This document shows positions 7,982 through 16,468 of a DNA stretch of 64,000 bases, in pieces. How positions within the stretch are numbered: the stretch's first letter is position 1; every line of letters begins with the position of its first letter. The DNA is from a candidate division FCPU426 bacterium (lineage in GTDB: Bacteria > Oederibacteriota > Muellerivitia > Muellerivitales > Muellerivitaceae), in contig CAVRAL010000001.1 of NCBI GenBank assembly GCA_963719085.1, positions 204,096-268,095 on the forward strand, in the 5' to 3' direction. The notes below the pieces were generated by a model. The model was not told where the DNA came from. It saw only the letters and a list, made by a program, of their open reading frames with translations, and did no database searches. A program made the position numbers and the translations under genes.

Positions 7982-9465
7982 GGCTTCAAGCCCTGCTGAA
8001 AATCCTGAAACCCAAGAAAGTTTCCTTGAAGGCCAATCCTGAAATCTCGGGAATCGCCGAGAATTCCAAACAAGTCAAGCTCGGGGAACTTTTCGTTTGT
8101 GTCGCCGGCGCTAAGCAGGACGGCCGGACTTTCGCGAAGGAAGCGGTCAAAAACGGCGCCGCCGCCTTGATCGTGGAAGGCGAGGCGATCCCGGAAATTT
8201 CGGTTCCCCAAGTATTGGTCAAGGACAGCCGGGAAGCGCTGGCCAAGGCCGCCCATTTTTATTACGGATTCCCGTCCCGTCAGGTGAAGGTCATTGGGGT
8301 CACGGGGACCAAGGGCAAGACCACCACGACTTATTTAATCCGTTCGATCTTGGATCAAGCGGGTTTTAAGACCGGGTTGGTGGGGACGATCGCCTACGAG
8401 ATCGGCGGTAAAAAAGTGGAGGCGAGCAATACCACGCCCTCGGCTTTGACCCTGGTGAAACTGCTTCGGGAGATGGCGGAGGCGGGCTGCGCCTGGGCCG
8501 TGATGGAAGTGTCGTCGCACGCACTGGAAATGAAACGGGTATTGGGCATTGAGTTTGCCGGTGCCGTTTTCACTAATTTGGGACGCGACCATTTGGACTA
8601 TCACAAGACCTTCGCCAATTATTTCAAGGCCAAAAGCCGCCTCTTTACCGAGTTCAAAACCGTAAAAGCCCGCGCGGTGAACGCCGACGACACTTATGGC
8701 AAAAAACTTTTGACCCGCTTGAAATCAAAAGGAACGGGATACGGCGTGAAACAGAAATGCGCTTACCAGGCCTCGGAGGTCGAGCTGAAGCCCGGGCACC
8801 TTCGCTTCAGCGTGAAGGGCCAAGCTTTTGAGATCCCCATGACCGGTCTTTTCAATATTTATAACGCGCTGGCCGCCCTTTCGGTTTTGAAGGAACTGGG
8901 TTTTTCCTGGGCCGCGCTTCAAAAAGGGCTGGCCATGGCGCCTCCCGTGCCGGGCCGTTTTGAGCAGGTCAAGGGCGGACAGCCTTTCACTATTTTGGTG
9001 GATTACGCCCATACGTCCGACGCCTTGGAGCAGGCCTTGACCGCGTGCCGCCAGCTGATGGAGGCGCCGGGGCAATTGGGACAGGGGCATCGATTGATTT
9101 CGGTTTTTGGCTGCGGCGGGGACCGGGATAAGACCAAAAGGCCCTTGATGGGGGAGATCTCAAGCCGCTTGGCGGACCTGACCGTCATCACATCGGACAA
9201 TCCCCGCACGGAAAAACCGCGGGTCATTTTGGATGACATTCTTCGAGGCATCCCGGCCCAGTCCATTCAAAACGGCCACCGCCGGGTTTGGGTGGAAGAG
9301 GACCGGGGTAAGGCCATCCGCTTGGCCCTGTCCATGGCGAAGGCCGGCGATGTGGTCTTGATCGCGGGAAAAGGCCATGAGACTTACCAGATCATCGGGG
9401 AAAACAAACAGCATTTCGATGACCGGGAAGAAGCGCTCCAAGCGTTGAAAGAGATGTCCAAGTGA
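7978..9465 (+). CDS. murE: UDP-N-acetylmuramoyl-L-alanyl-D-glutamate--2,6-diaminopimelate ligase MurE
   Basis: VTGTKGKTTT P-loop. The DNPR motif (ITSDNPRTE) is characteristic of mDAP-adding MurE. GTG 7978 overlaps the ftsI stop (GTGA). Confidence 0.92.
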   Translation: MRLQALLKILKPKKVSLKANPEISGIAENSKQVKLGELFVCVAGAKQDGRTFAKEAVKNGAAALIVEGEAIPEISVPQVLVKDSREALAKAAHFYYGFPSRQVKVIGVTGTKGKTTTTYLIRSILDQAGFKTGLVGTIAYEIGGKKVEASNTTPSALTLVKLLREMAEAGCAWAVMEVSSHALEMKRVLGIEFAGAVFTNLGRDHLDYHKTFANYFKAKSRLFTEFKTVKARAVNADDTYGKKLLTRLKSKGTGYGVKQKCAYQASEVELKPGHLRFSVKGQAFEIPMTGLFNIYNALAALSVLKELGFSWAALQKGLAMAPPVPGRFEQVKGGQPFTILVDYAHTSDALEQALTACRQLMEAPGQLGQGHRLISVFGCGGDRDKTKRPLMGEISSRLADLTVITSDNPRTEKPRVILDDILRGIPAQSIQNGHRRVWVEEDRGKAIRLALSMAKAGDVVLIAGKGHETYQIIGENKQHFDDREEALQALKEMSK

Positions 9466-9477
9466 GCCCCGAGGCCA

Positions 9478-9526
9478 GGGAGATCCAGAGAACCACGCTT
9501 ATTCCAACGCCTATCTCTGGATCTCC
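9478..9526. repeat. Perfect 13-bp hairpin immediately after the murE stop
   Basis: GGAGATCCAGAGA (9479-9491) pairs with TCTCTGGATCTCC (9514-9526) across a 22-nt loop. No U-tract follows. Confidence 0.8.
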
Positions 9527-9548
9527 GTGTTCTCGGACAAGCCGATTT

Positions 9549-9626
9549 ACCGCGAAGCCGCGAAGCCGCAAAGAAAAAATGATTTTATTCTCATTTGTTC
9601 TTGGCGTCTTGGCGTCTTGGCGGTGA
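9549..9626. repeat. CCAAG-word hairpin element (copy with a decayed left arm)
   Basis: Left arm ACCGCGAAGCCGCGAAGCCGCAAAG (9549-9573), A/T-rich loop, right arm CTTGGCGTCTTGGCGTCTTGGCGGTGA (9600-9626). The word period is 8 nt. The left arm differs from the perfect complement at 5 of 25 positions. Confidence 0.85.
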
Positions 9627-9634
9627 GGGGTTCC

Positions 9635-10978
9635 GTGCTTCCCTGGACTTTGCGGGAGACGGCGGCTTTGGTGAATGGCCGGATCGTGGAAGGGAAAAAC
9701 GATTTAGTGGTGACGGGGGTTTGCCACGACACCCGCGCCGTTCAAAAAGGATTCCTGTTCACGGCGATTCGGGGGGCTCGGCTCGATGGGCACCGGTTTT
9801 TAGCCGAGGCGAAACGAAAAGGCGCGGTGGCGGCGCTGGTCTCGCGCTTTGTCGCGGGAGTGAAACTGCCCCAAATTTTGGCGCCGGAGACCACGGCGGC
9901 CTTGGGCGAATTAGGCCGGACCCAGCGCCTGCAATGGGGGGGGCCGGTGGTGGCGGTGACGGGCAGCGTGGGGAAAACCACGGTGAAAGATTTGACGGCC
10001 CACTTGTTGGGCGGAAAGTTTAAGACGCTCAAGACCCAGGGCAACCTGAACAATCAGTTCGGCCTGCCCTTGAGTTTGCTGAAGCTGACGGCGGCCCACG
10101 AGGCGGCCGTGGTGGAGTTGGGGATCAACCATCCGGGCGAGATGGAATGGCTGTCGGAGATCGCCCGGCCGGATACGGCGGTGGTGACGGCGATTGGGGA
10201 AGCCCATCTGGGTTTCTTTAAGGGGAAGAAGCAGCTGGCCGAGGAAAAATTGAAGATCGCCTCGCATTTGAGGCAGGGGGGGAGTGTCGTGCTAAACGCC
10301 GAGGACGACTACTTGAAAAAGAATTTGGAGAACAAAAAAAGTTTCGGCTTGCGCCAGGGCGATGTCCGGGCCTGGGGCCTCAAACTTTTGGGGCTTAAGA
10401 CCCAATTCACCCTTTGGGCGGAGGGCCGCGCCTTCCGAACCAGCCTGGCCATGCTGGGCGAGCACAATGTTCAAAACGCCTTGGCGGCCACCACGGCGGC
10501 CATGACCCTGGGGGTTTCGGCCGAGGAATGCGCGAAACGCCTCAGCACGTTTAGGGTAGAGGCCCCCATGCGGATGGAATTGAAAAAGCGCGACGGAATT
10601 CTATTTATTAATGACGCTTATAACGCCTCGCCCACCTCCATGGTGGCGGCTTTGGCGGCCTTTGAGCGGGTTCCGGCCAAGGGGTATAAGTACGCGGTTT
10701 TAGGGGACATGTTGGAATTGGGCGATTATTCCCTCGGCGCCCACGCGCAGATTTTGCGCTTGGCCCTGATGGAGCCTTTGGATGGACTCATTTTGGTCGG
10801 CGACGGGATGGGCGAAGCCTTGGATCACACGGCGATCCGGAAAAATTTCAGGATCTGGCATTTTCCCTCGGCGGGCCTGACCGGTAAATTTTTGAGGCGC
10901 AAATTGGTGAAGGGTGACGCGGTGTTGCTCAAGGGTTCCCGGGGCATGGCCCTGGAAAAGGTGTTGGACGCGTTTTAA
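9635..10978 (+). CDS. murF: UDP-N-acetylmuramoyl-tripeptide--D-alanyl-D-alanine ligase MurF
   Basis: VTGSVGKTT P-loop, with LNNQFGLPLSLL and NDAYNASP motifs. The proposed start is GTG 9635, preceded by GAGGGG (9625-9630). ORF-track start 9527 would translate the hairpin repeat (SWRLGVLAV). Confidence 0.9.
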   Translation: MLPWTLRETAALVNGRIVEGKNDLVVTGVCHDTRAVQKGFLFTAIRGARLDGHRFLAEAKRKGAVAALVSRFVAGVKLPQILAPETTAALGELGRTQRLQWGGPVVAVTGSVGKTTVKDLTAHLLGGKFKTLKTQGNLNNQFGLPLSLLKLTAAHEAAVVELGINHPGEMEWLSEIARPDTAVVTAIGEAHLGFFKGKKQLAEEKLKIASHLRQGGSVVLNAEDDYLKKNLENKKSFGLRQGDVRAWGLKLLGLKTQFTLWAEGRAFRTSLAMLGEHNVQNALAATTAAMTLGVSAEECAKRLSTFRVEAPMRMELKKRDGILFINDAYNASPTSMVAALAAFERVPAKGYKYAVLGDMLELGDYSLGAHAQILRLALMEPLDGLILVGDGMGEALDHTAIRKNFRIWHFPSAGLTGKFLRRKLVKGDAVLLKGSRGMALEKVLDAF

Positions 10979-10997
10979 AAAAAGAGAGGTAATTTTT

Positions 10998-11084
10998 ACC
11001 ACCAAGGCACCAAGACGCCAAGGAGGCTTAAGGAAAAAATCCTCAGGTTTTCAAATCTTTGATTTCTTGGTGTCTTGGTGGTGA
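10998..11084. repeat. CCAAG-word hairpin element
   Basis: Left arm ACCACCAAGGCACCAAGACGCCAAGG (10998-11023). Right arm CTTGGTGTCTTGGTGGTGA (11066-11084). It lies in the murF-mraY spacer. Confidence 0.9.
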
Positions 11085-11127
11085 GAGAGATTGAGACTTA
11101 GCTTAAGAAACGATCGGAGATCGAAAA

Positions 11128-12216
11128 GTGCTTTACCACTTGTTATATCCGCTGGCGGATAAATTTATCGGGTTCAACGTTTTTCGCTATGTGACCTTCC
11201 GCAGCGTTTACGCCGCCATCACGGCTTTTGGCTTGTGCCTGCTTTTGGGCGGCGCGGTCATCGCCCGCATGCGGGCCGCCCAGTTGGGCGAAAAGATCCG
11301 CCACGACGGGCCGGCCAGTCATTCCGCGAAGGCGGGTACGCCCACCATGGGCGGGGTTCTTATTCTTTTGACGCTTCTCATCAGCGCGCTGCTTTGGGTT
11401 CGGTGGGACTCCAAGTTTTTGTGGTTGGGGGTTTTTTCACTGGTTTGGTTCGGCCTGGTCGGGTTCGTCGATGACTACTCAAAACTCGTCGGCAAGGGAA
11501 AAAGCCGGGGAATGTCCAGCGCCACCAAGCTTGTTTTGCAGACCGTGGGCGCCGCCATCGTGGTGGCCCTTTATATGTGGGCCCTGCCCGATGATTTCGC
11601 GCTTCGCACCTCCATCACCCTGCCTTTCATCAAGGTGCCGGTGGACCTGGGGATGTTTTACCCCTTTTTCGCCGTGCTCGTCATCGTGGGCGCTTCCAAC
11701 TCGGTCAACCTCACCGACGGGCTCGATGGATTGGCCATCGGCTGTTCCACCTTTACGGCCATGGCTTTTGTGGTCATCACCTACGTGTCGGGCAATATCA
11801 AGTTCAGCGAGTATCTCAAAATCATCAGCGTGCCCGGCACGGGTGAGCTGACGGTCATGTGCGCGGCGCTGGTCGGGGCGGGGCTGGGGTTTCTTTGGTT
11901 CAACGCGCATCCGGCCCAGATCTTCATGGGCGACACGGGTTCGTTGGCCCTGGGCGGTCTTTTGGGCACCATCGCGGTGATGGTCAAGCAGGAGCTTTTG
12001 CTGGTGATCGTGGGCGGCATTTTCGTGGTGGAGGCCCTGTCGGTCATTATCCAGGTCACGTCTTATAAATTCAGCGGCAAGCGCGTCTTCAAGATGGCGC
12101 CCCTGCACCACCATTTTGAGCTGTCGGGCGTCCCGGAATCCAAACTCATCGTCCGATTTTGGATCGTGGCCATTATTTTGACATTGCTGACACTGTCGAC
12201 GCTGAAACTGCGTTAA
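11128..12216 (+). CDS. mraY: Phospho-N-acetylmuramoyl-pentapeptide transferase MraY
   Basis: 362-aa polytopic ORF. NLTDGLDGLA, MGDTGSLALGG and APLHHHFE motifs. GTG start. Confidence 0.95.
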   Translation: MLYHLLYPLADKFIGFNVFRYVTFRSVYAAITAFGLCLLLGGAVIARMRAAQLGEKIRHDGPASHSAKAGTPTMGGVLILLTLLISALLWVRWDSKFLWLGVFSLVWFGLVGFVDDYSKLVGKGKSRGMSSATKLVLQTVGAAIVVALYMWALPDDFALRTSITLPFIKVPVDLGMFYPFFAVLVIVGASNSVNLTDGLDGLAIGCSTFTAMAFVVITYVSGNIKFSEYLKIISVPGTGELTVMCAALVGAGLGFLWFNAHPAQIFMGDTGSLALGGLLGTIAVMVKQELLLVIVGGIFVVEALSVIIQVTSYKFSGKRVFKMAPLHHHFELSGVPESKLIVRFWIVAIILTLLTLSTLKLR

Positions 12217-12231
12217 GAGGAAAAAATGATG

Positions 12232-12353
12232 GAAACCAACACAAAAAGCCAACGCCAAGACGCAAAGGAAAGCGAAAGATATGTTTGAAAAACATTCTCG
12301 TTTTGCCCTTCTTGGCGTCTTGGCGTCTTGGCGTTGGTCGTTTGTGTTGGTTC
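12232..12353. repeat. CCAAG-word hairpin element (variant flanks)
   Basis: Left arm GAAACCAACACAAAAAGCCAACGCCAAGACGCAAAGG. Right arm CCTTCTTGGCGTCTTGGCGTCTTGGCGTTGGTCGTTTGTGTTGGTTC. There is a central ATGTTT..AAACAT mini-palindrome. It lies in the mraY-murD spacer. Confidence 0.85.
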
Positions 12354-12375
12354 TGACTTTGGAAGGGGTCGCGAA

Positions 12376-13752
12376 GTGATCTATGTCCATAACAAACAAG
12401 TGGCGGTGATCGGCTTGGGCCGCTCGGGACTGGCTGCGGCGCGTCTTTTGTCCGTGCGGGGCGCCCAAGTGGTGGTCCTGGACGAGAAGACGCCGGAAAA
12501 GCTAGGTTCCTGGATCGACAAGGCCAAGGACCTGCCGATCCGTTTGTCGTTGGGGAAAATGGACTTGACGCTCCTTTTGTCCTCGGATTTGATCGTCACC
12601 TCGCCCGGGGTGCCTTTTGACCATCCGGCCTTGGAACAGGCCCGGGACAAGGGAATCCGGGTGATCGGGGAGCTGGAATTGGCTTACGGTTATTGCCCGG
12701 CGCAAGTCGCCGCCATCACGGGCACCAACGGCAAAACCACCACCACGGCCCTGACGGCCGCCATGATCGCGGCTTCCGGCAAAAAAGCCATCGCTTGCGG
12801 GAATATCGGCCGGGCTTTCGCCGAGGCGGTCTTTGAGCTTTCGGCTGAGGATTGGGCGGTCTTGGAAGTTTCCAGTTTTCAATTGGAGACCATTGAGACT
12901 TTCAGGCCCAACTTGGCGGCGATTTTAAACGTCACTCCGGATCATTTGGACCGGCATGGCAGCATGCAGGCTTATGTCGAGATGAAGTCCCGGATTTTCG
13001 AGAACCAAAAACCCGAGGACGCGGCGGTCTTAAATGTGGGCGACAAATACACCCCCATCTTCGCGGGGCTTTTAAAAAGCCGGCTGCACTTCTTCGGTTT
13101 CGCCGAGAAGGCCAAGGATTTGGGCCGTCCGGGCTGTTACGTGGTGGGAAATCAATTGGAACTTTTAGGGCGTCCCTTGTTGAAGTCCGCCGATTTAAAA
13201 ATTCCGGGGCCCCATAATTTAGAAAACGCCTGCGCGGCGGCGATGCTGGCCTCGCTGGCGGGTGTTTCGGATTCGGACATCGCCCGGGCTTTGGCGGAAT
13301 TTAACGGGGTGGAGCACCGGTTGGAAAAGGCCGGCGTGATCGAGGGCGTGAGTTTTATCAACGACTCCAAGGGAACCAACGTGGATTCGGTCTTGAAGGC
13401 GCTGGAAAGTTTCGAGCGCCCGATCGTTCTTATCCTGGGCGGCCGGGACAAGGCCGGGGACTTTAGGACCTTGGCTCCTTTGGTAAAGGAAAAAGTGACC
13501 CGGGTGGTGGCCTTCGGGGAATGCAAAGCCAAGGTGGTTCAACAGCTTTCATCCACGGCCACCGTGGTGGAAGCCGAAACCTTGGAAGAGGTGGTGAATG
13601 GGGCTTTCGCGGCCAGTGAAAAGGGGGGCACGGTGCTTTTTTCCCCGGGCTGCGCCAGCTTTGACATGTTTCAGAATTACGAGGATCGGGGCCGTCAGTT
13701 TAAGGATTTGGTTTTGAAGTTGGCTTTAGCCAAGTCCACGGCTAAGGCTTAA
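12376..13752 (+). CDS. murD: UDP-N-acetylmuramoylalanine--D-glutamate ligase MurD
   Basis: N-terminal Rossmann VAVIGLGRSGLAAARLL and ITGTNGKTTT P-loop. The proposed start is GTG 12376 behind GGAAGGGG (12361-12368). ORF-track start 12328 lies inside the hairpin arm. Confidence 0.9.
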   Translation: MIYVHNKQVAVIGLGRSGLAAARLLSVRGAQVVVLDEKTPEKLGSWIDKAKDLPIRLSLGKMDLTLLLSSDLIVTSPGVPFDHPALEQARDKGIRVIGELELAYGYCPAQVAAITGTNGKTTTTALTAAMIAASGKKAIACGNIGRAFAEAVFELSAEDWAVLEVSSFQLETIETFRPNLAAILNVTPDHLDRHGSMQAYVEMKSRIFENQKPEDAAVLNVGDKYTPIFAGLLKSRLHFFGFAEKAKDLGRPGCYVVGNQLELLGRPLLKSADLKIPGPHNLENACAAAMLASLAGVSDSDIARALAEFNGVEHRLEKAGVIEGVSFINDSKGTNVDSVLKALESFERPIVLILGGRDKAGDFRTLAPLVKEKVTRVVAFGECKAKVVQQLSSTATVVEAETLEEVVNGAFAASEKGGTVLFSPGCASFDMFQNYEDRGRQFKDLVLKLALAKSTAKA

Positions 13753-13765
13753 GAAAATAAGTTTT

Positions 13766-13859
13766 ACCGCCAAGGCGCCAAGGACGCCAAGGACGGAAAA
13801 ACAAAAAGATATTTTGAAGGGGTTCGACTTTCTTGGCGAACTTGGCGTCTTGGCGGTGA
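13766..13859. repeat. CCAAG-word hairpin element
   Basis: Left arm ACCGCCAAGGCGCCAAGGACGCCAAGGA (13766-13793). Right arm TCTTGGCGAACTTGGCGTCTTGGCGGTGA (13831-13859). Each arm has three 8-9-nt words. Confidence 0.9.
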
Positions 13860-13893
13860 AATAGTTTTGGCTGAATTTTAGGTTTTAAAGGGA

Positions 13894-13982
13894 GTCATTT
13901 TTACATTCGGATTCTAAGACTACGCCTTCTACGCCACTCAACACCTACTACACCTGGCTTGGAATCCGAATGAAAGAATGAC
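13894..13982. repeat. Second, unrelated long hairpin in the murD-ftsW spacer
   Basis: GTCATTTTTACATTCGGATTC (13894-13914) pairs with GAATCCGAATGAAAGAATGAC (13962-13982) as 6+11 bp around an internal mismatch block. The loop carries short tandem words (CTACGCC twice, CACCTAC/TACACCT). Confidence 0.75.
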
Positions 13983-14175
13983 AGCCAAAAAAAGAAGTTA
14001 AAAAGTCATTCTGTAACAACCCCTGAAGCCGGGGGATTCAGGGGTTTATGAAAAGATGAATCCTATTTATTAGGGAATCATCTTTGGGCGCCATTGGAAG
14101 CTGTCCCTTCAAATGGCCATGGGGGACGACCTCCTTGTTATTGGCGGTCCGAAGTCGGTTTTATAGAAGTTATTT

Positions 14176-15336
14176 TTGGAGGCAGTTTTGAATTTTAAGA
14201 CTCGACAATTGGAATCGCCGGATTTTCTGCTTTTCCTGATCACCCTGATTCTCACGACTTCGGGACTGATCATGGTCTATAGCGCGTCGGCCATTTTGGC
14301 CCACGATGAGTACGGCAATTCTTACTATTTCTTCGGCCGCCAACTCCTTTGGATTTTGGTGGGAAGCGCCGCGGCTTGGGTCGTCAGCCGGGTCGATTTG
14401 GAAACCTTCCGGAGCCTGGCCATACCGGCCCTTTTGGTTGGGTTTTTCCTCATGGCCCTGGTTTGCGTGCCGGGCATCGGCCGCACCGTGGGCGGAGCCC
14501 AGCGCTGGTTTCGCTTGGGCCCCCTTTCGTTCCAGCCTTCCGAAGTCATGAAAATCATCCTGATCTTTTACCTGGCGGATTCCTTGGACCGGCGCCGGCA
14601 TCTTTTGGTCAACTTTTCCGGGCTCATGCCCTACCTGGTTATTTTGGGGATCACCATGGTCTTTTTGGAAAAACAACATGACTTCGGGACGGCCGTACTC
14701 CTGGCTTTGGTCACCATCCTGATGCTCTTTTTGGCCGGCATGCCCTGGGGTTATTTCGTGATCCCGGTTTCCATCCTGATCCCGGTTTTTATCTTCCTGG
14801 TGGAATCGGCCAGCTACCGCATGCGCCGCATCACGGCCTTTTTGAATCCTTGGGACGACCCGCAAGGCGCCGGATTCCAGCTGATTCAAAGCTTGATCGC
14901 GGTGGGCTCGGGCGGGCCCTTCGGCGTGGGACTTTCCAACAGCTCCCAAAAGCTTTTTTACCTGCCGGCTCCGCACACGGATTTTATCTTCGCCATCATC
15001 TGCGAAGAGCTGGGATTGGTGGGGGCGGGGGCTTTGGTGGCCTTCTTCGCTTTTTTCATCCTGCGGGGATTCAAGGTGGCCGAAACCGTAGGGGCCCGCC
15101 AGGGCGGTTTTTTCGCGTTCCTTTTGGCTTCGGGCATTACGGCTTTGATCGGCTTCCAGGCCATCGTGAACTTGGGCGTGGTGACCGGGCTTTTGCCCAC
15201 CAAGGGAATTCCCTTGCCGCTGATTTCGTACGGCGGATCGTCCATGGTCTTCACCCTGGTCTCCATCGGCATTCTTTTCAACATTTCCCGGGGGGTGAAG
15301 CTGCATTTCCCCTTCAGCGGAAAAAGGACGGTTTGA
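14176..15336 (+). CDS. ftsW: Peptidoglycan glycosyltransferase FtsW (SEDS family)
   Basis: 386-aa polytopic ORF. SEDS motifs QPSEVMKI, HTDFIFAIICEELG and LPTKGIPLPLISYGGSS. The start is uncertain: TTG 14176, or TTG 14188 behind GGAGG (14178-14182). Confidence 0.9.
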   Translation: MEAVLNFKTRQLESPDFLLFLITLILTTSGLIMVYSASAILAHDEYGNSYYFFGRQLLWILVGSAAAWVVSRVDLETFRSLAIPALLVGFFLMALVCVPGIGRTVGGAQRWFRLGPLSFQPSEVMKIILIFYLADSLDRRRHLLVNFSGLMPYLVILGITMVFLEKQHDFGTAVLLALVTILMLFLAGMPWGYFVIPVSILIPVFIFLVESASYRMRRITAFLNPWDDPQGAGFQLIQSLIAVGSGGPFGVGLSNSSQKLFYLPAPHTDFIFAIICEELGLVGAGALVAFFAFFILRGFKVAETVGARQGGFFAFLLASGITALIGFQAIVNLGVVTGLLPTKGIPLPLISYGGSSMVFTLVSIGILFNISRGVKLHFPFSGKRTV

Positions 15337-15340
15337 GGAT

Positions 15341-16468
15341 ATGACGGATATGGACCGCGGCGAAAAAGTGAAGGTCATCATCACCGGCGGCGGCACGGGC
15401 GGCCACGTGTTTCCGGGCATCGCTTTGGCGCAAGAATTGGGACGCCGTTCCTCGGTGAAAGTTCTTTATGTGGGCAAGGTGACCGGGCCTGAAAGCAAAT
15501 GGGTCACGGACCGGGGATTGCCCTTTGAGGGGATCAACGCCAGCGGTTTTCCGCGGGGCTTCAGTTTAAAACTTTTCACCTTTTGGATCGACCTATTGAG
15601 GGGATTTTCCCAGGCCTCTGGAATTTTGAAAAAATTCCGGCCCCAAGTGGTTTTTTCAACCGGCGGCTACGTGTCGGTGCCGGTGTCGGTGGCGGCGGCG
15701 TTGAAGGGGATTCCGGTGTTGTTGTTCGAGCCCAACGTGACACCGGGCTTGGCGGCCCGGGTTTTGTCCTTTTTCTCAAGCCGGGTTTTCACGGGATTTA
15801 AAAAAACCTCGGAAACTTTCGCCAGGTCCAAATCAGTTTGGAGCGGGATCCCGGTGCGCCGGGAGATTTTAGAGGCCCGAAAAGAGGAAGCCCTGAAAAG
15901 TTTCGGTCTGGACGGCGAAAAGATCACCCTGCTTCTTTTGGGGGGGAGCCAGGGGGCCCATGCCTTGAACCAAATGATGAGCGGCGCGATCCAGGTATTG
16001 AACGACGGCGCCGATCCCTTGCAGGTTTTGATGATGACGGGATTTTCCGATTATCAATGGGTGCTCGATGAGACGGGCAAATGCGCTTTGAAGGTGGTCT
16101 TGCGGCCCTTTTTCAGCGACATCCAACAGGCTTACGCGGCCGCGGATTTGGTCGTGGCCCGCTCCGGCGCCATTACTTGCGCGGAGCTTTTATCCCGGGG
16201 CCTGCCGTCCCTGTTGATCCCTTATCCCCACGCCTCGGGCCACCAGGAAGCCAACGCGCGGGCGCTGGAAGAAGCCGGCGCGGCGGAAGTGTTGCTCGAA
16301 AAAGATTTGCAAAAGGGTTTTTTGGCCGACCGGATCCACGATTTGGTCGCTCATCCGGAACGTTTAAAGCGCATGGGCCTCAAGGCCCGTGAAATTTACA
16401 AAGAGGACGCCTCGGCCTTGATCGCCGAGAACCTGTTGGAATTCGCGTCGCAAAGGAAAAGCGCATGA
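15341..16468 (+). CDS. murG: UDP-N-acetylglucosamine--N-acetylmuramyl-(pentapeptide) pyrophosphoryl-undecaprenol GlcNAc transferase MurG
   Basis: ITGGGTGGHVFPG N-terminal motif and C-terminal HQEANA motif. The alternative start is ATG 15350. Confidence 0.93.
   Translation: MTDMDRGEKVKVIITGGGTGGHVFPGIALAQELGRRSSVKVLYVGKVTGPESKWVTDRGLPFEGINASGFPRGFSLKLFTFWIDLLRGFSQASGILKKFRPQVVFSTGGYVSVPVSVAAALKGIPVLLFEPNVTPGLAARVLSFFSSRVFTGFKKTSETFARSKSVWSGIPVRREILEARKEEALKSFGLDGEKITLLLLGGSQGAHALNQMMSGAIQVLNDGADPLQVLMMTGFSDYQWVLDETGKCALKVVLRPFFSDIQQAYAAADLVVARSGAITCAELLSRGLPSLLIPYPHASGHQEANARALEEAGAAEVLLEKDLQKGFLADRIHDLVAHPERLKRMGLKAREIYKEDASALIAENLLEFASQRKSA

Noticed and set aside
9600-9634. Whether the word hairpins are ordinary Rho-independent terminators.
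   Set aside because: None of the copies has a U-tract following the stem on either strand; the flanks are GGTGAAAA / TTTTCACC. Most copies sit between genes that must be co-expressed. They could still attenuate, but that is not demonstrable from sequence.
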